Assembly (NCBI GenBank): GCA_013239625.1
Contig: MU054220.1
Span: 4,895,328 to 4,959,327, forward strand
DNA: 64,000 bases
DNA from: Lama guanicoe
Taxonomy: Eukaryota
Reading direction: 5' to 3'
In this document: positions 53,222 to 64,000 of the stretch, piece by piece
Layout: the number at the start of each line of letters is the position of its first letter
Position numbering within the stretch: position 1 is the stretch's first letter
The notes under the pieces: generated by a model
What the model was told of the DNA's origin: nothing
Database searches by the model: none
What the model saw: the letters and a program-made list of their open reading frames with translations, nothing else
Program-made: the position numbers and the translations under genes

Positions 53222-53382
53222 CTAACTGTGCCTCTTTTGCCATCTGTGTCTCATGGATGATATTTCTTAAGATTTGCTCCTCCTGAATCAGCTTGTGTTT
53301 TTCTAGGATCTCCTGCTGTCTCAGGTAGTGGTCATGTTGCTTTTGATATTCTTTCAACTCATTCAGTGTTCGCTGGAGGGAT
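53222..53382 (-). CDS. TTC17: TTC17 exon ~9 (161 nt) (R)SLQRTLNELKEYQKQHDHYLRQQEILEKHKLIQEEQILRNIIHETQMAKEAQL, coiled-coil-like
   Basis: atgttaag|ATCCCTC ... TTAG|gtaagt; phase 2 in, 1 out fits neighbours. Confidence 0.95.
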
Positions 53383-54840
53383 CTTAACATTTTTTAATAC
53401 CAAGAAAAAGTTAGAGCTTTAAAATTGTGAATTTTTAAACCCACTTAAATGCAAAGATTTTCTGGTTTTCAGCAAAAATTGCTAGATTTTTTTTTCCTTT
53501 TAACATACATACAACCACTATATCTCAAAGTTCAAGAATAATGGGGCTAAATAAATGCCATTGTTTTATTAAAACTGGGGAGCAAAAAAGATGGATGTAA
53601 AATTCTTCCCATAATTACAACAGTTAATGGCATTAAATGATGTGTTGGACTTTTCAGGTGCCAAAAATGACACATATCAATATACTATAAAGCTTTGCAC
53701 ATTTAACAACTCTTTTTTCCTTCCAAATATTGTGTTAGTTTCACATTCAAAGCCTTTCTAGAATCTTCCTTTTCACCTTTTCCTTTGATTCTACCCAAAG
53801 ATAAGGTGAAGAGAAAGGGCCACAATACCTTGCTCTTCTACTCTAGCTCCTTGATTTACAGATTTGGGGGAAAACCACAGAAACTTTGCTCAGGAATATT
53901 CCCTACCACCTGGTATCAATAAATCAGCTGGCTGATTATATTTAGTCACAAAAATCTTATTGCCTATTGCACTGCTAACATATGGAGATTTAGAAGCTGG
54001 AACAGATTGTATTAAAAGTGTATAATACTAGAAGAAGCTCAGCCAGGGCAAGGTCTGATCAGGTATAACAGAAGTCAGGCATTAACAACCTGGCATTCTT
54101 TCCTTTTCACTATATTAGGCTTTTAAACAGATTGGAAAATGGGCAAATACAAAAGTTTAATGAAATCCAAATCTCAATTTAATCCTCTAATGATCAAAGC
54201 AGACTCAAAACATTAAGGTTAATTCTGTAAGAGACGAACAGTTCACTTCTGAGTTATATGAAGTTTCTTTACTGGTCCTGTTCTTTATAGAATACAATAC
54301 AGTATATTTTTTAAATTAAGTATACTGCAAAGACCAAATACAATAGAATTCTATTACTGTACAATGTACAAAAATCTAGTTAAAATGTAGGCCAAATAAT
54401 CGCTCAATATCACTTAACCAACCTAACAAGAGCCCAGCTATTGTTAGGAGCCAAAGGGGAGAAAGATGAAATATACCACGTGCAAGTGATTTTACTGGCT
54501 GTGTATTCTACGGAAATAAAAATGTAATCAATGGAATTACTGAGTATCCAGCAGCATCCCCTCCTCCATCTGACTTCATATAAATGACTGATGGTCAAAA
54601 CTGTAAAGATCTAAATGACAGTATTTACTGCTTACATTCTCTACTTCCTGGAATTCTTTACATAGCCACTGAATTGTGCTAAACCTCCTGGATTTGGAGA
54701 AAAAGGACAAGACTAGCAGCAGTGAGGAGGTGTTTTTCTTAATTCTAATGAACAAATTAACACTGATTATCACCCTACACAGGTCTAACCTAAGGTTCTA
54801 TGGTGCTGGTGCTTAAGTGAAATTTTTTTCTCCCAGTTAC

Positions 54841-54980
54841 CTATGTTGAGCTTCCAATTTCTGCTCAAGTTTTTGCTGACACAGGACAGCATGCTTCCTC
54901 TTTATAGCTTGCTCAAACCCAGGTTTAGCTTGCAAAGCATGGTCATAACAAAGCACTGAGTGGTTATATTCCCCAAGCAT
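54841..54980 (-). CDS. TTC17: TTC17 exon ~8 (140 nt) MLGEYNHSVLCYDHALQAKPGFEQAIKRKHAVLCQQKLEQKLEAQH
   Basis: tctcttcag|ATGCTT ... CATAG|gtaact; TPR motif. Confidence 0.96.
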
Positions 54981-55473
54981 CTGAAGAGACAAAAACACAC
55001 ACACACATACACAAACACAGGGGGAAAAATGTTAGCCTGGTTCCTTATGTCCAAATTCCCTAATGATTTATGAGATCTGACCAAATCTCACTCTACAGTG
55101 CACAATATTTTGGTCAGGGGCCAAATCTCCGTAACATGAAGCAACCTCTAGAGGATGGCTCAATTGGAATTACTGCTATCTTTAGAGGTGTACTATGTAG
55201 AAATTTAATATTCCCATTAATTTAATTCTCCTTTTTTGTCAGAAGCTAGGACACTTATGATTCATTATTGTGATGAAGTTTTTTTCCCCTAATTTCTTCA
55301 TTTCTATTCCCCTTACCCTTGTTTGGACCAAAAGAAGGGAAAAGTGTATTTTTTATGAAGGAAGGAAGGAAAGGAGAGAAGAAGGGAGGGAGTGAGAGGG
55401 GGAGGGAGAGAAGGAGGAAGGAAGAAGAAAATAGCAACTGATTTGGTTCATGTAAACAAAAAGTTGTATTTAC

Positions 55474-55618
55474 TGCATATATATTTCCTAAAGTGTAATA
55501 GCTGGTGAAGAAGTCACTGTCATCCAGAGCTGCGTGGACCACAACAGCAGCATCAGCAGAGAAGTGTGCTCTGTGTAGAACATTTGCCAAGTTGACCAGG
55601 GCAATGTCTTTGTTGTGC
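55474..55618 (-). CDS. TTC17: TTC17 exon ~7 (145 nt) (R)HNKDIALVNLANVLHRAHFSADAAVVVHAALDDSDFFTSYYTLGNIYA
   Basis: ctctttag|GCACAAC ... TATGCA|gtaaat. Confidence 0.96.
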
Positions 55619-56191
55619 CTAAAGAGAAGGGGAGATGTAATTAGATGTTAGGAAAGAAGCATGTGCTCCACAATTACGTATAACTACCTGACAAGGGAAA
55701 ATTACATTCAAAGTTACTGAGCTTAGGAAAATAACTTTGAATTTACTTAATAGATGGGGAAACTAATTTAAGAAAATCCTAATGTTTCATTTTACGTAAT
55801 TGATGGTGCTTACTCAATCTGATAGCTACAAATTTTGCCACAAAAATAAGGTCTGGTAGACATTTTATGAAATGTATTTAGGGCTTATATTTACTTTGAG
55901 AAAAATTTAATTTATAATATTTTATCCAGTCCAGGTTCTTACTTTCAAGTCTCAAGTGATTCAGAGGGTATCTACATTACACATTTTTTCTTAATGGAAA
56001 TCATAGGTATATTATGCTATTATCACTTTGAACTCCTTGATCTGGGGGACAGGACTAATTTCTTTGAACAGGGATGGAGGAGAATGTAAGGACAACACAA
56101 TGCTTCTTCTTCTTGTTTTCTTATGTATTGTTTCTTTAACAGTCCTGAGTTATGTGGGAAATTAGGAGGTCCAGAAGGGGAGGAATCTTAC

Positions 56192-56301
56192 CTGGAAGAG
56201 AAGTGAAGGGCTCGCATGGCACATTCCACTACTTGATACGGCTCATTCTTTATTCTCCAGTAAAATGAAGCCATGTTATATAGAACCCACGAGGAAGAGT
56301 T
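56192..56301 (-). CDS. TTC17: TTC17 exon ~6 (110 nt) NSSSWVLYNMASFYWRIKNEPYQVVECAMRALHFSS
   Basis: aatttctag|AACTCT ... TCCAG|gtaaga; TPR-type helix. Confidence 0.96.
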
Positions 56302-56989
56302 CTAGAAATTAAATAAATAAAATGACAATCAAACATAACTGAAGACAGTTTCTTCAACTCATTATGTGCAAAATGAGCACCTATATGACTCTGTCTCATC
56401 TGAAATTTAAGATGAAGAAGATCAAGATTTATTATAGTAGTGATAAAGCAGAGGACAAAGTACAAATAAACTACATCTGTCAAAAGAGCTTTCTGATCAT
56501 CGGTTGAGCAGGTATGTTGAGGTGTGATCTAAACCTAGAGATCATCTGACCACAGGCTATCATTTCAAGGGGGAAATAAAGCCAAGAAGCCCACCAAGTG
56601 GCCACAACTTGTTGGGCCCCATTTCAGGACTTCAGAAGTTAGTATGTTAACTACTTAGAAATGCTAGCTGTTCTAACATAAAATTTCTGAAATTAACATA
56701 TCGCAAAGTTTCCTATCTAATATCTGAATGAAAGTACATACATAAGTAAGCAAATGAAAGGCTTATGGTTCTATGAAAGATGAATTTTTGTCTTTTTCTC
56801 ATGTGTGTTCAGAAACTAAGTCATTAGTATATAGTAATTAAGTGTATTTGGTCAAGTTAAACAGAAGTTCAGATAGGTCTGCTCTTTTTGTGGGTTGGAT
56901 TTTCGGTCCCCAAACAAATATGGAATTTCAGCCACACAGAAGTCAAAACACTAAACTGAATCAGGTCAAAAACTCAATGTAAGTAAGTT

Positions 56990-57510
56990 TAAACCAAAGA
57001 AGAGAAATTTCAAATTTAGCATGGAAAAAAGTCATAAAGCTTAAAATAAAAATGGGAAAAAATATGACAGCCAACATTTAATCTCTTTAATATAGAGATA
57101 GTTCACAAAAAATCTAAACAGAATGACAAAAAGTCAAGAGAATATTGGCCAAAAACATGGACAATTCAAAAATATGAAACAATGTCTACTTAGCAGGTGA
57201 AAAGATGTAAAACTTAACAAAAAAACAGAATTAAAAGATACAATTTTTCCTTTTATAAATTGGCAAAGATTAAAAAGAATGCCAGTATTCACCATTGGCT
57301 ACACCATATATTAACTTCAGATATTAACTGAAGCAATGTTAGGTTAGTACAGCTTTTCTGGGGGACAGTCTGACTACATGTATGTAAAAAGCCTTAAAAA
57401 TGATTACCCTTTGACCCCCTCAAAATTTCACTATTAAAAATGTATCCTATGAGAATTAAGTTTTAACTATAAAGATATATAAAAATAAAATTCCCAAAGA
57501 CTGTATTATA
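56990..57510 (+). mobile_element. L1ME-like fragment
   Basis: aaattggcaaagattaaaaagaatg; ttagtacagcttttctgggggacagtctg. Confidence 0.55.
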
Positions 57511-58049
57511 AAATAGTAATTATCTCAGACTTTTAAAAATTATAATTATTACTTTCCCTTTTAAAGGTTTTTATATAGTCTGATTTTTTTACAAGGACCA
57601 ATTATTTTAAAAATAGTTATATTTAAGATTAAAACTAAGTACAATTCTGCATTAATCACCCTTAAGTATTCTATCTTCAAGGAAAGAATATGATTTTTGA
57701 GTGATGCAATGAACGATTTTAGCACTAAGTATAGCTAGTTAAGGAATTTTATATTCTTTTACAACTGACTTATGACTTAGGTTTCAGTCTCCTTTTTAAT
57801 AGCCTATTGAGTAAGTTTTCTTTTAAGTCAACAAATGCTTTTTTATGTCTATTTTTCAGGTAACTGTGAATTGGGACAAATCAACTAAGAATTCCACATG
57901 AACTACTAAAAACATCATGATAGGCAGAATATATATCATGGTATATTGGAAGAGAAAAAAAATTTTTAAGAAAAATCTATAAGATTTCACACAAAAATCT
58001 CCTCCCAAATCTATAACTGTTTGAATGTCAGTATTAATAATTCTCTTTC

Positions 58050-59460
58050 TCTTTTGAACATTTGAAAACTTTTTTTTCCTTAGCTCTTAGGATATCACAT
58101 AGTTCTGGACACCCTTTTTGGTCCCTTTTGCTGGCCCTTCCCCCTCTGCCTGATAGATAATGTAGAAGGAGCCAGGACTCCCACCGGCCCCTTCTCGAAC
58201 ATCACTCTTCTCCAGATGACCTTATCCAGTCCCATGGCTATAAATACTCTCTATTTAACAATTAATTCTCTATCTTTACACCCAGCTCTGACCTCCACTG
58301 GACTTTTAGACTCATATAGGTCAAATATGACATGACCTAAGCAGAACTCTATCTTCTCTCTCCCACTCCAACCTTGCTCCTCCTCCAAGTTGCTCAAACC
58401 AAAAGTTGAACAATCATCCTTGACTCCTCTTCTCCCATTCCCCATAGCTAACTAATCAGCTTTGAAACTTCTAAACATTTCCTGAAATAGTTTAGGTCCC
58501 TTCATTTCCACTGCTAACCATTCCAGTCCAAACCATCTTCATTTCTTCCTTGAATTACTGCATTAGCTTTCCATCTGGTCTATTACCAGTTTTGGCCTCC
58601 TTAAGCCATTTCTCCACACAAGTTTGAGTATACTTTAAAAAATATTAGTTAAATTATATCACTCCTTTGCTCCAGTTTTTCAGCACACTTGGAGTAAAAT
58701 TCAGAGTCCTAACCTTGGCTTTCAGAGCCCTACACAGTCCAGCCCTGGCCTACTTCTTTGGTTTCATTCCCTATCATCCTCCCCTTTGCTCATCAGGCTC
58801 CAGTCATACTGACATGAGTTTAATCACACGCCACCTGTTACATACTGAATGTCTGTGTTTCTCACCATTCATATTTCCTCAATGTGACTATATTTGCAGA
58901 TAGGGCCTCTGAGGAGGTGATAAAGGTTAAATGAGATCATAAGGGTGAGGCCTAATCCAATAGGGCCAGTCCCCTTATAAGAAGAGGAAGAAATACCAGA
59001 TCTCTCTCTCCCTCTCTCCACCTTCCTCCCTGTGTACACACAGAGAAGAAGCCATGGGGAAGACACAAGAAGGTGGCCATTTACAAGCAAGGAAGAGAGT
59101 CCTCACCAGGATCTGAATCAGCCAGCATCATGATCTTAAACATCCCAGCCTCCAGAGCTGTGAGGAATAGATTCCTGTTGTTTAAGCCACTCGGTCTGCG
59201 GTATTTTGTGATGGCAGCCTGAGATGGCTAACATACCACCAAGCCCATGAAGGCTTCAGGGCCTTTGCCTCAGCCTAGAATGCTCTTGCTTGATCTTAGA
59301 CTTTTGGTTCCTTCTTGTCATTCAGGTATCAATATAAATTTCACCTTTCCCGAGAGGATAACCCCAACTGCTCAATCTAAAGCAGCCACCCAATTATCCT
59401 CTATTTTAAGTTTCTATAGAGCACTTACCACTATGATCTACTTTCAACTAACCATCCTCT
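58050..59460 (+). mobile_element. L2 interrupted by an MLT1A-type LTR
   Basis: atccagtcccatggctataaatac; ccttgactcctcttctc; cagggcctttgc resumes after the LTR. Confidence 0.75.
58836..59235 (+). mobile_element. MLT1A-type solo LTR (MaLR)
   Basis: TG start; gatagggcctctgaggaggtgataaaggttaaatgagatcataagggtg; tgttgtttaagccac; 5-bp TSD ccacc at 58831-58835 and 59236-59240. Confidence 0.88.
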
Positions 59461-60248
59461 GAAGGATATTTTAAATCCTAGGCCAGTTTTCCCTTATTAC
59501 TCATCAATTCTGAGGATGCAATACTTTACATTACCTTCAGAAAAACAAGATGAAGAAGACAATTTAGCTACAAAAATGATCCTATATATTATAAAGTATC
59601 TGAATAAACATAAATATATAATGCATTTGGAGAAACTGTATATAAATGTTACAATTACACATTTTACTTAATGCCATTATAATACTGCTTAAAAACTAGC
59701 CTGCATTTTATGAATTTCCTCAGACGTAGAACAGAGCAAAAACAGTTTTCTAAATTCCCACATGTTATCCTTAATGATACATTTAAATTCCCGGGTCCTG
59801 TTATATAATTCCCCATTTCATTTTTTAAAAGTGCATGTTCTGTTAAAAGAAAACTGCATGAAGATTTTTTTATTGGTGGTGATCCTTTTTCCTTTTCAGA
59901 GAACAGTGATAATCTATGTATTTATTATGTGCAGATATGTCAAATGCGCTGTCAAATTTTCTTCCACATTCAAAATACATCATTGAACCCATAAGCCCTG
60001 TTGCATATATTAGTTTATAATTTGTTTTTTCATGAATTAGTTTAAATAAAACTCTTTGGCATCTCTTCCTGGTAAAGGGGATTGGATTATCAATGCTTCT
60101 CTCTAACTTTGAACTATACAGTTTATATTAATGTAATCATGATTTAAAATCACTCTCTAGACAAAAACAAACGAGGTAAATATTTTCTGTGAGAAAAACA
60201 ACTTCTGTTCACAGAGTCTCCCAGCTCTTTAATTCACTGAGGACTTAC

Positions 60249-60380
60249 CTTCTGTAGGCCTTCGTGAATAAGGTGACCTATGTCATCTATACTCCTTCCT
60301 AATCGTTTAGATAAATATGTGAAGATTGGATCTTCTTTAGGTAGTAGAGGTGCAGAGAGATTAACTCTCTCTTGTACACC
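60249..60380 (-). CDS. TTC17: TTC17 exon ~5 (132 nt) GVQERVNLSAPLLPKEDPIFTYLSKRLGRSIDDIGHLIHEGLQK
   Basis: ttctcttcag|GGTGTA ... CAGAAG|gtaagt; not in ORF track, translated by hand. Confidence 0.96.
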
Positions 60381-60537
60381 CTGAAGAGAAGAAGAAAAAA
60401 TTTTTAAAAAAAGAAAAAAAAAAGATTATAAGACATAAAGGATCATAAGTAATTTGATAACTTATAGCATTCATTTTGAAGGAATTTTAAGAAATAGGAG
60501 CTGTTTGGAAGGAGAGAAGAAAGAAAAAGTATGTGTC

Positions 60538-60692
60538 AGAGGTTAAATTATACAGCTCAAGTGGTAGAGCACATGCTTAGCATGCAGGAGGTTCTGGGTT
60601 CAATCCTCAGTACCTCCTCTAAAAATAAATAAATGAATAACGCTAATACCTCCTCTCTCTCAAAAAAAAAAAAAAAGAGAGAGATTAAATTA
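60538..60692 (+). mobile_element. tRNA-Ala(AGC)-derived SINE (camelid-type) with 13-bp TSD, inside a 363-bp intron
   Basis: tacagctcaagtggtagagcacatgcttagcatgcaggaggttctgggttcaatcctcagtacctcc, poly(A) tail; TSD agaggttaaatta / agagattaaatta. Confidence 0.9.
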
Positions 60693-60743
60693 AAGAAAAA
60701 AATGAAAACAAAGAAACAAAAAACCCTAAAGTGCTCTACTTAC

Positions 60744-60855
60744 CCGCAAGTGCTGAAAAGCATGTATACTATATGGAAGTTCTAGAATTTTAGTACAATC
60801 AGGTTGCTCAGGGTCTGGAGGAACAGGGGATTCTGTGTCTATATAATCTTCAGGG
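60744..60855 (-). CDS. TTC17: TTC17 exon ~4 (112 nt) (S)PEDYIDTESPVPPDPEQPDCTKILELPYSIHAFQHLR
   Basis: gattttag|CCCTGAA ... TTGCGG|gtaagt; phase 2 in, 0 out. Confidence 0.96.
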
Positions 60856-61476
60856 CTAAAATCAAGAGGTAAGAAATAATGAATGAATGAAAAGTGAAGA
60901 CATGTCAAATTTCTCCCTGACTGAATCGTATTTTTAAAGCGTCTCACTTTACAACCAACTATTAGTCAGCATGCATATCTTTTTCATAGAGCTGTTGTCA
61001 GAACAAAATATTTTGGGAGTTCAACTTAAAAAAGATAAATCAAGAGTCAGAAAATAGTAGGTAAGTCACAGACTGTTAAGACTGGACTTTTCAAAAGCTA
61101 AACAGCTTTGTAAAAAATGTTAAACCAATTTACATGCCTATAGACAGTCTTTCCACATTTTTACCTGTTATTAATTTTTAAATATTTTTTCCTATTTGAT
61201 AGATGAAAACTAAATGTTTTAGTATGCATTGACTCAATCATTACTAAGAAATATTTTTTCCACATTTTTTTTACCATAAATTGTTCAATTTTCTACCATG
61301 GTATTAAATATTTTTAATTGATTTGTAAGAATCCTACACGATATATTTGGAATTTTCATATTTCAATAAACTCATCAGTGACTGAAGCTCATTCTCATAG
61401 AGAAATAACTTCTCATTGATTTGAGAAAGGTCTGTTCAGAAGATGTAATTTTATTTTTGAAAGAGAATTTCTTTAC

Positions 61477-61646
61477 CTGATGTCTTTGCTCTCCAAGGTT
61501 ATGTATGTGCCATCATACAGGTCCAGGTCCCCTAAGGGCACTTTGGCTTTGATGCAGTCTGGATCCTCTTTATTATGTCTCTGTTCCAGTCCTGTGTCTC
61601 TGTCCTCATTCTCTTCTATGTGAATTTTTTGAGCAACTAATTGCTT
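61477..61646 (-). CDS. TTC17: TTC17 exon ~3 (170 nt) KQLVAQKIHIEENEDRDTGLEQRHNKEDPDCIKAKVPLGDLDLYDGTYITLESKDI
   Basis: ctcaacag|AAGCAA ... ATCAG|gtaaag; phase 0 in, 2 out. Confidence 0.96.
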
Positions 61647-62504
61647 CTGTTGAGAAGAATATAAGAACACGACGGATTTTTCTAATATTTCAATCTAGAT
61701 ACCACGTAACAGAAAGGAGAATTTAACGTGTCGAACAAGTCACAGAATTCTGAATATGCCCTCAGTTAACTTAGCTGACATACGTAAGCTTCCCTAAACA
61801 GATGTTCATACACAGAAAGTTACAGAACATGACATTTATAATATTGGCACATGAGCACCTAATACGATCTGTGACTACCTATTAAGCTACAGCTATAAAC
61901 TTAACTTTCCTGGTACAGAATGGCTCAACAATTAAAACTATTCTGAACTGTCCAAATGTCATATTTTAGTCCTTCAATATATCCAGCACATTGATAGCGC
62001 TACCTGGAGTAACTTCCCCTAACACCCTTGTTCCAGGCGAATTCCTGCCACTCACATTGTTTTTTCAAACGTTCAGAGGAATTACGTAACAGCCACGTTT
62101 CCACCACCTGTATCTATGATAACATTTTACCATACTCACTTCAGATTTTTCTAAATGAAAAAAAGGAGTTGAAGTTCCTTTTAACTGCTTTTGAAATCCC
62201 TCCCTCTCTTCCAAAAGTTACCACTATCCTGAATTTTATACATTATTTTATGTATACTTTTATAAAATATTACTATGTTGCCCTTCCTCTCTTAAAATAT
62301 TACTTTATATATATCTATAGCTATATCTCCAAAATAACATACAGCATTGCTTTGCAACTTTAAAAGTTTTATATAAATACTATCATACTATATGTCAATA
62401 TATAATTTTTTTGAAGTTAATATTATATTTTTAAGATTTACCTACATTGGTTGGTATTGCTCTAAATTTTTCATTTTTATGGATATTTAAAAATGTATTT
62501 ATCT

Positions 62505-62711
62505 ATTGTCCTGTCTTTGGATCTGTTTCTGTTTTATAAATATGTTCATTTGTGTGGGTTTTTTTTTTTTAAGATTCCACATAAAAGTGATATCATATGG
62601 TATTTTTCTTTCTCTCTGGCTTACTTCACTTAGAATGACATTCTCCAGGTCCATCCATGTTGCTGCAAATGGCATTATGTTATTCTTTTTTATGGTTGAG
62701 TAGTATTCCAT

Positions 62712-62767
<56 letters not shown>

Positions 62768-63406
62768 CGCGTGCATCTAACTACATTCCCACCAGCAGTG
62801 TAGGAGGGTTCCCTTTTCTCCACACTCTCTCCAGCATTTATTGTGGACTTTTGAATAATGGCCATTCTGACTGGTGTGAGGTGACACCTCACTGTAGTTT
62901 TGATTTGCATTTCTCTGATAATCAGCAATGTTGAGCATTTTTTCATGTGCTTATTGGCCATTCGTATGTCTTCACCGGAGAACTGCTTGTTTAGGTCTTC
63001 TGCCCATTTTTGGATTGGGTTGGTTGTTTGTTTTTTGTTGTTATTAAGTTACATGAGCTGTTTATATATTCTGGAAATTAAGCCCTTGTCAGTTGCATCA
63101 TTTGCAAATATTTTTTTTCCCATACATAGGTTACCTTCTTGTTTTGTTTATAGTTTCCTTTGCTGTGCAAAGCTTATAAGTTTAATTAGGTCCCATTTGT
63201 TTATTTTTGCTTTTATTTCTATTGCCTGGGTAGACTGCCCCAGGAGAACACTGTTAAGATTTATGTCAGAGAGTGTTTTGCCTATGTTTTCTTCTAGGGG
63301 GTGTAGAGTGACTTGTCTTATGTTTAAGTCTTTAAGCCATTTTGAGTTTATTTTTGTGCATGGTGTGAGGGAGTGCTGTAACTTCACTGATTTACATGGG
63401 GTTGTC
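62505..63406 (-). mobile_element. Relatively young L1 fragment (ORF2 C-terminus), truncated at both ends, lying within older L1M sequence
   Basis: ORFs [64 protein letters not shown] are canonical L1 ORF2 C-terminal peptides. Confidence 0.95.
62714..62775. repeat. (TG)23(CG)6 alternating purine-pyrimidine tract
   Basis: direct reading of the sequence. Confidence 0.95.
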
Positions 63407-63639
63407 TTCTATATTTTATAATATTTTTGTTTGATTTATCAGTTTCTGACAAAGATCTGTTAAAATCTCCTACTCTGATTATGGGTTTTTCATGCAATGC
63501 TGTCAGTTTTTGCTGTTTGGAAATTAACATACACACACTCATGAGACAAGTATGTAATATATCCTTCTGGTGGATTGTTAATATGGAGGCTCTCTCTCTT
63601 CATCTCTATTAATGATCTTAAATTCTTATTTTGTCTGAG

Positions 63640-63947
63640 GCAAGTTTACCATCCTTTACCACTCTAAAATCTAAAATTCGGAAAACCCTGTTTATTCTTA
63701 AGTTTTGTACCAACATTCATGTGGTACAACAAAACCTGATGGAAAGCCATTTTACAGTCTTTATCCTCTTTGTGTGAACACTCATACATTTTGCTGGAGA
63801 AATATTAATGTATCCTATTATGGAGTTTGGGACCAGAACAAAAAGAAAGGAAAAAAGAAAAAAGAAAAAAAAAAAAAAAAAAAAAGGCTGACTGTATTCT
63901 AACTACATATAGCCCCAGTGATTTCAGATGAAGGACTGAACGTGTAT
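63640..63947. mobile_element. TcMar-Tigger-like MITE remnant containing an A-rich tract
   Basis: imperfect inverted ends caagtttaccatcctttac / gatgaaggactgaacgtg followed by TA. Confidence 0.4.
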
Positions 63948-64000
63948 AAATACTGCCATAATAGCTTTCTGGACTAAATAAGAAATCAAATCTGATAGTC

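Larger units (their letters stand above)
5029..61646 (-). other. TTC17: TTC17 gene body, partial (20 internal coding exons; 5' and 3' exons outside window)
   Basis: 20 exons bounded by AG acceptors and GT (one GC) donors join in a single open frame; translation matches mammalian TTC17 as I recall it (KQLVAQKIHIEENED...IGTRIAKVLEK). Confidence 0.97.

Noticed and set aside
53383..54840. U12-type intron suggested by the odd exon 9 acceptor
   Set aside because: Donor is gtaact rather than gtatcctt and there is no TCCTTAAC branch box
62900..63421. 173-aa + strand ORF, the longest in the track
   Set aside because: Antisense frame of an L1 ORF2 fragment; a typical hydrophobic shadow ORF
1..64000. 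CRISPR array, prokaryotic system, intronic snoRNA or miRNA
   Set aside because: Mammalian intron-exon DNA with no repeat-spacer array; I saw no convincing C/D, H/ACA or hairpin candidate by eye, and an Infernal/Rfam scan would be needed to exclude them

Overview
Mammalian genomic DNA, probably camelid judging by three tRNA-Ala(AGC)-derived SINEs with camelid-type tails. The whole window lies inside TTC17 (tetratricopeptide repeat domain 17), transcribed from the minus strand. I reconstructed 20 internal coding exons by hand (61646 down to 5029; probably exons 3-22, numbering by recalled analogy to human/mouse). They join in one open frame of 2952 nt (984 codons), or 2781 nt without a 171-nt cassette-type exon at 23374-23544. 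Start and stop codons lie outside the window. The introns hold ordinary mammalian repeats (L1, L2, L3/CR1, MIR, MaLR LTRs, hAT/TcMar MITEs, SINEs, microsatellites); repeat families were recognised by eye and their boundaries are approximate. Almost all ORF-track entries are shadows of exons, repeat fragments or noise. I found no new gene system. The best leads are a threefold internal protein repeat with introns at equivalent positions and phases, a GC-AG intron, a cassette exon with a GAG acceptor that could be a recursive splice site, a ~126-bp duplication flanking a pure poly(A) run, and a Z-DNA-forming repeat at an apparent L1 deletion.
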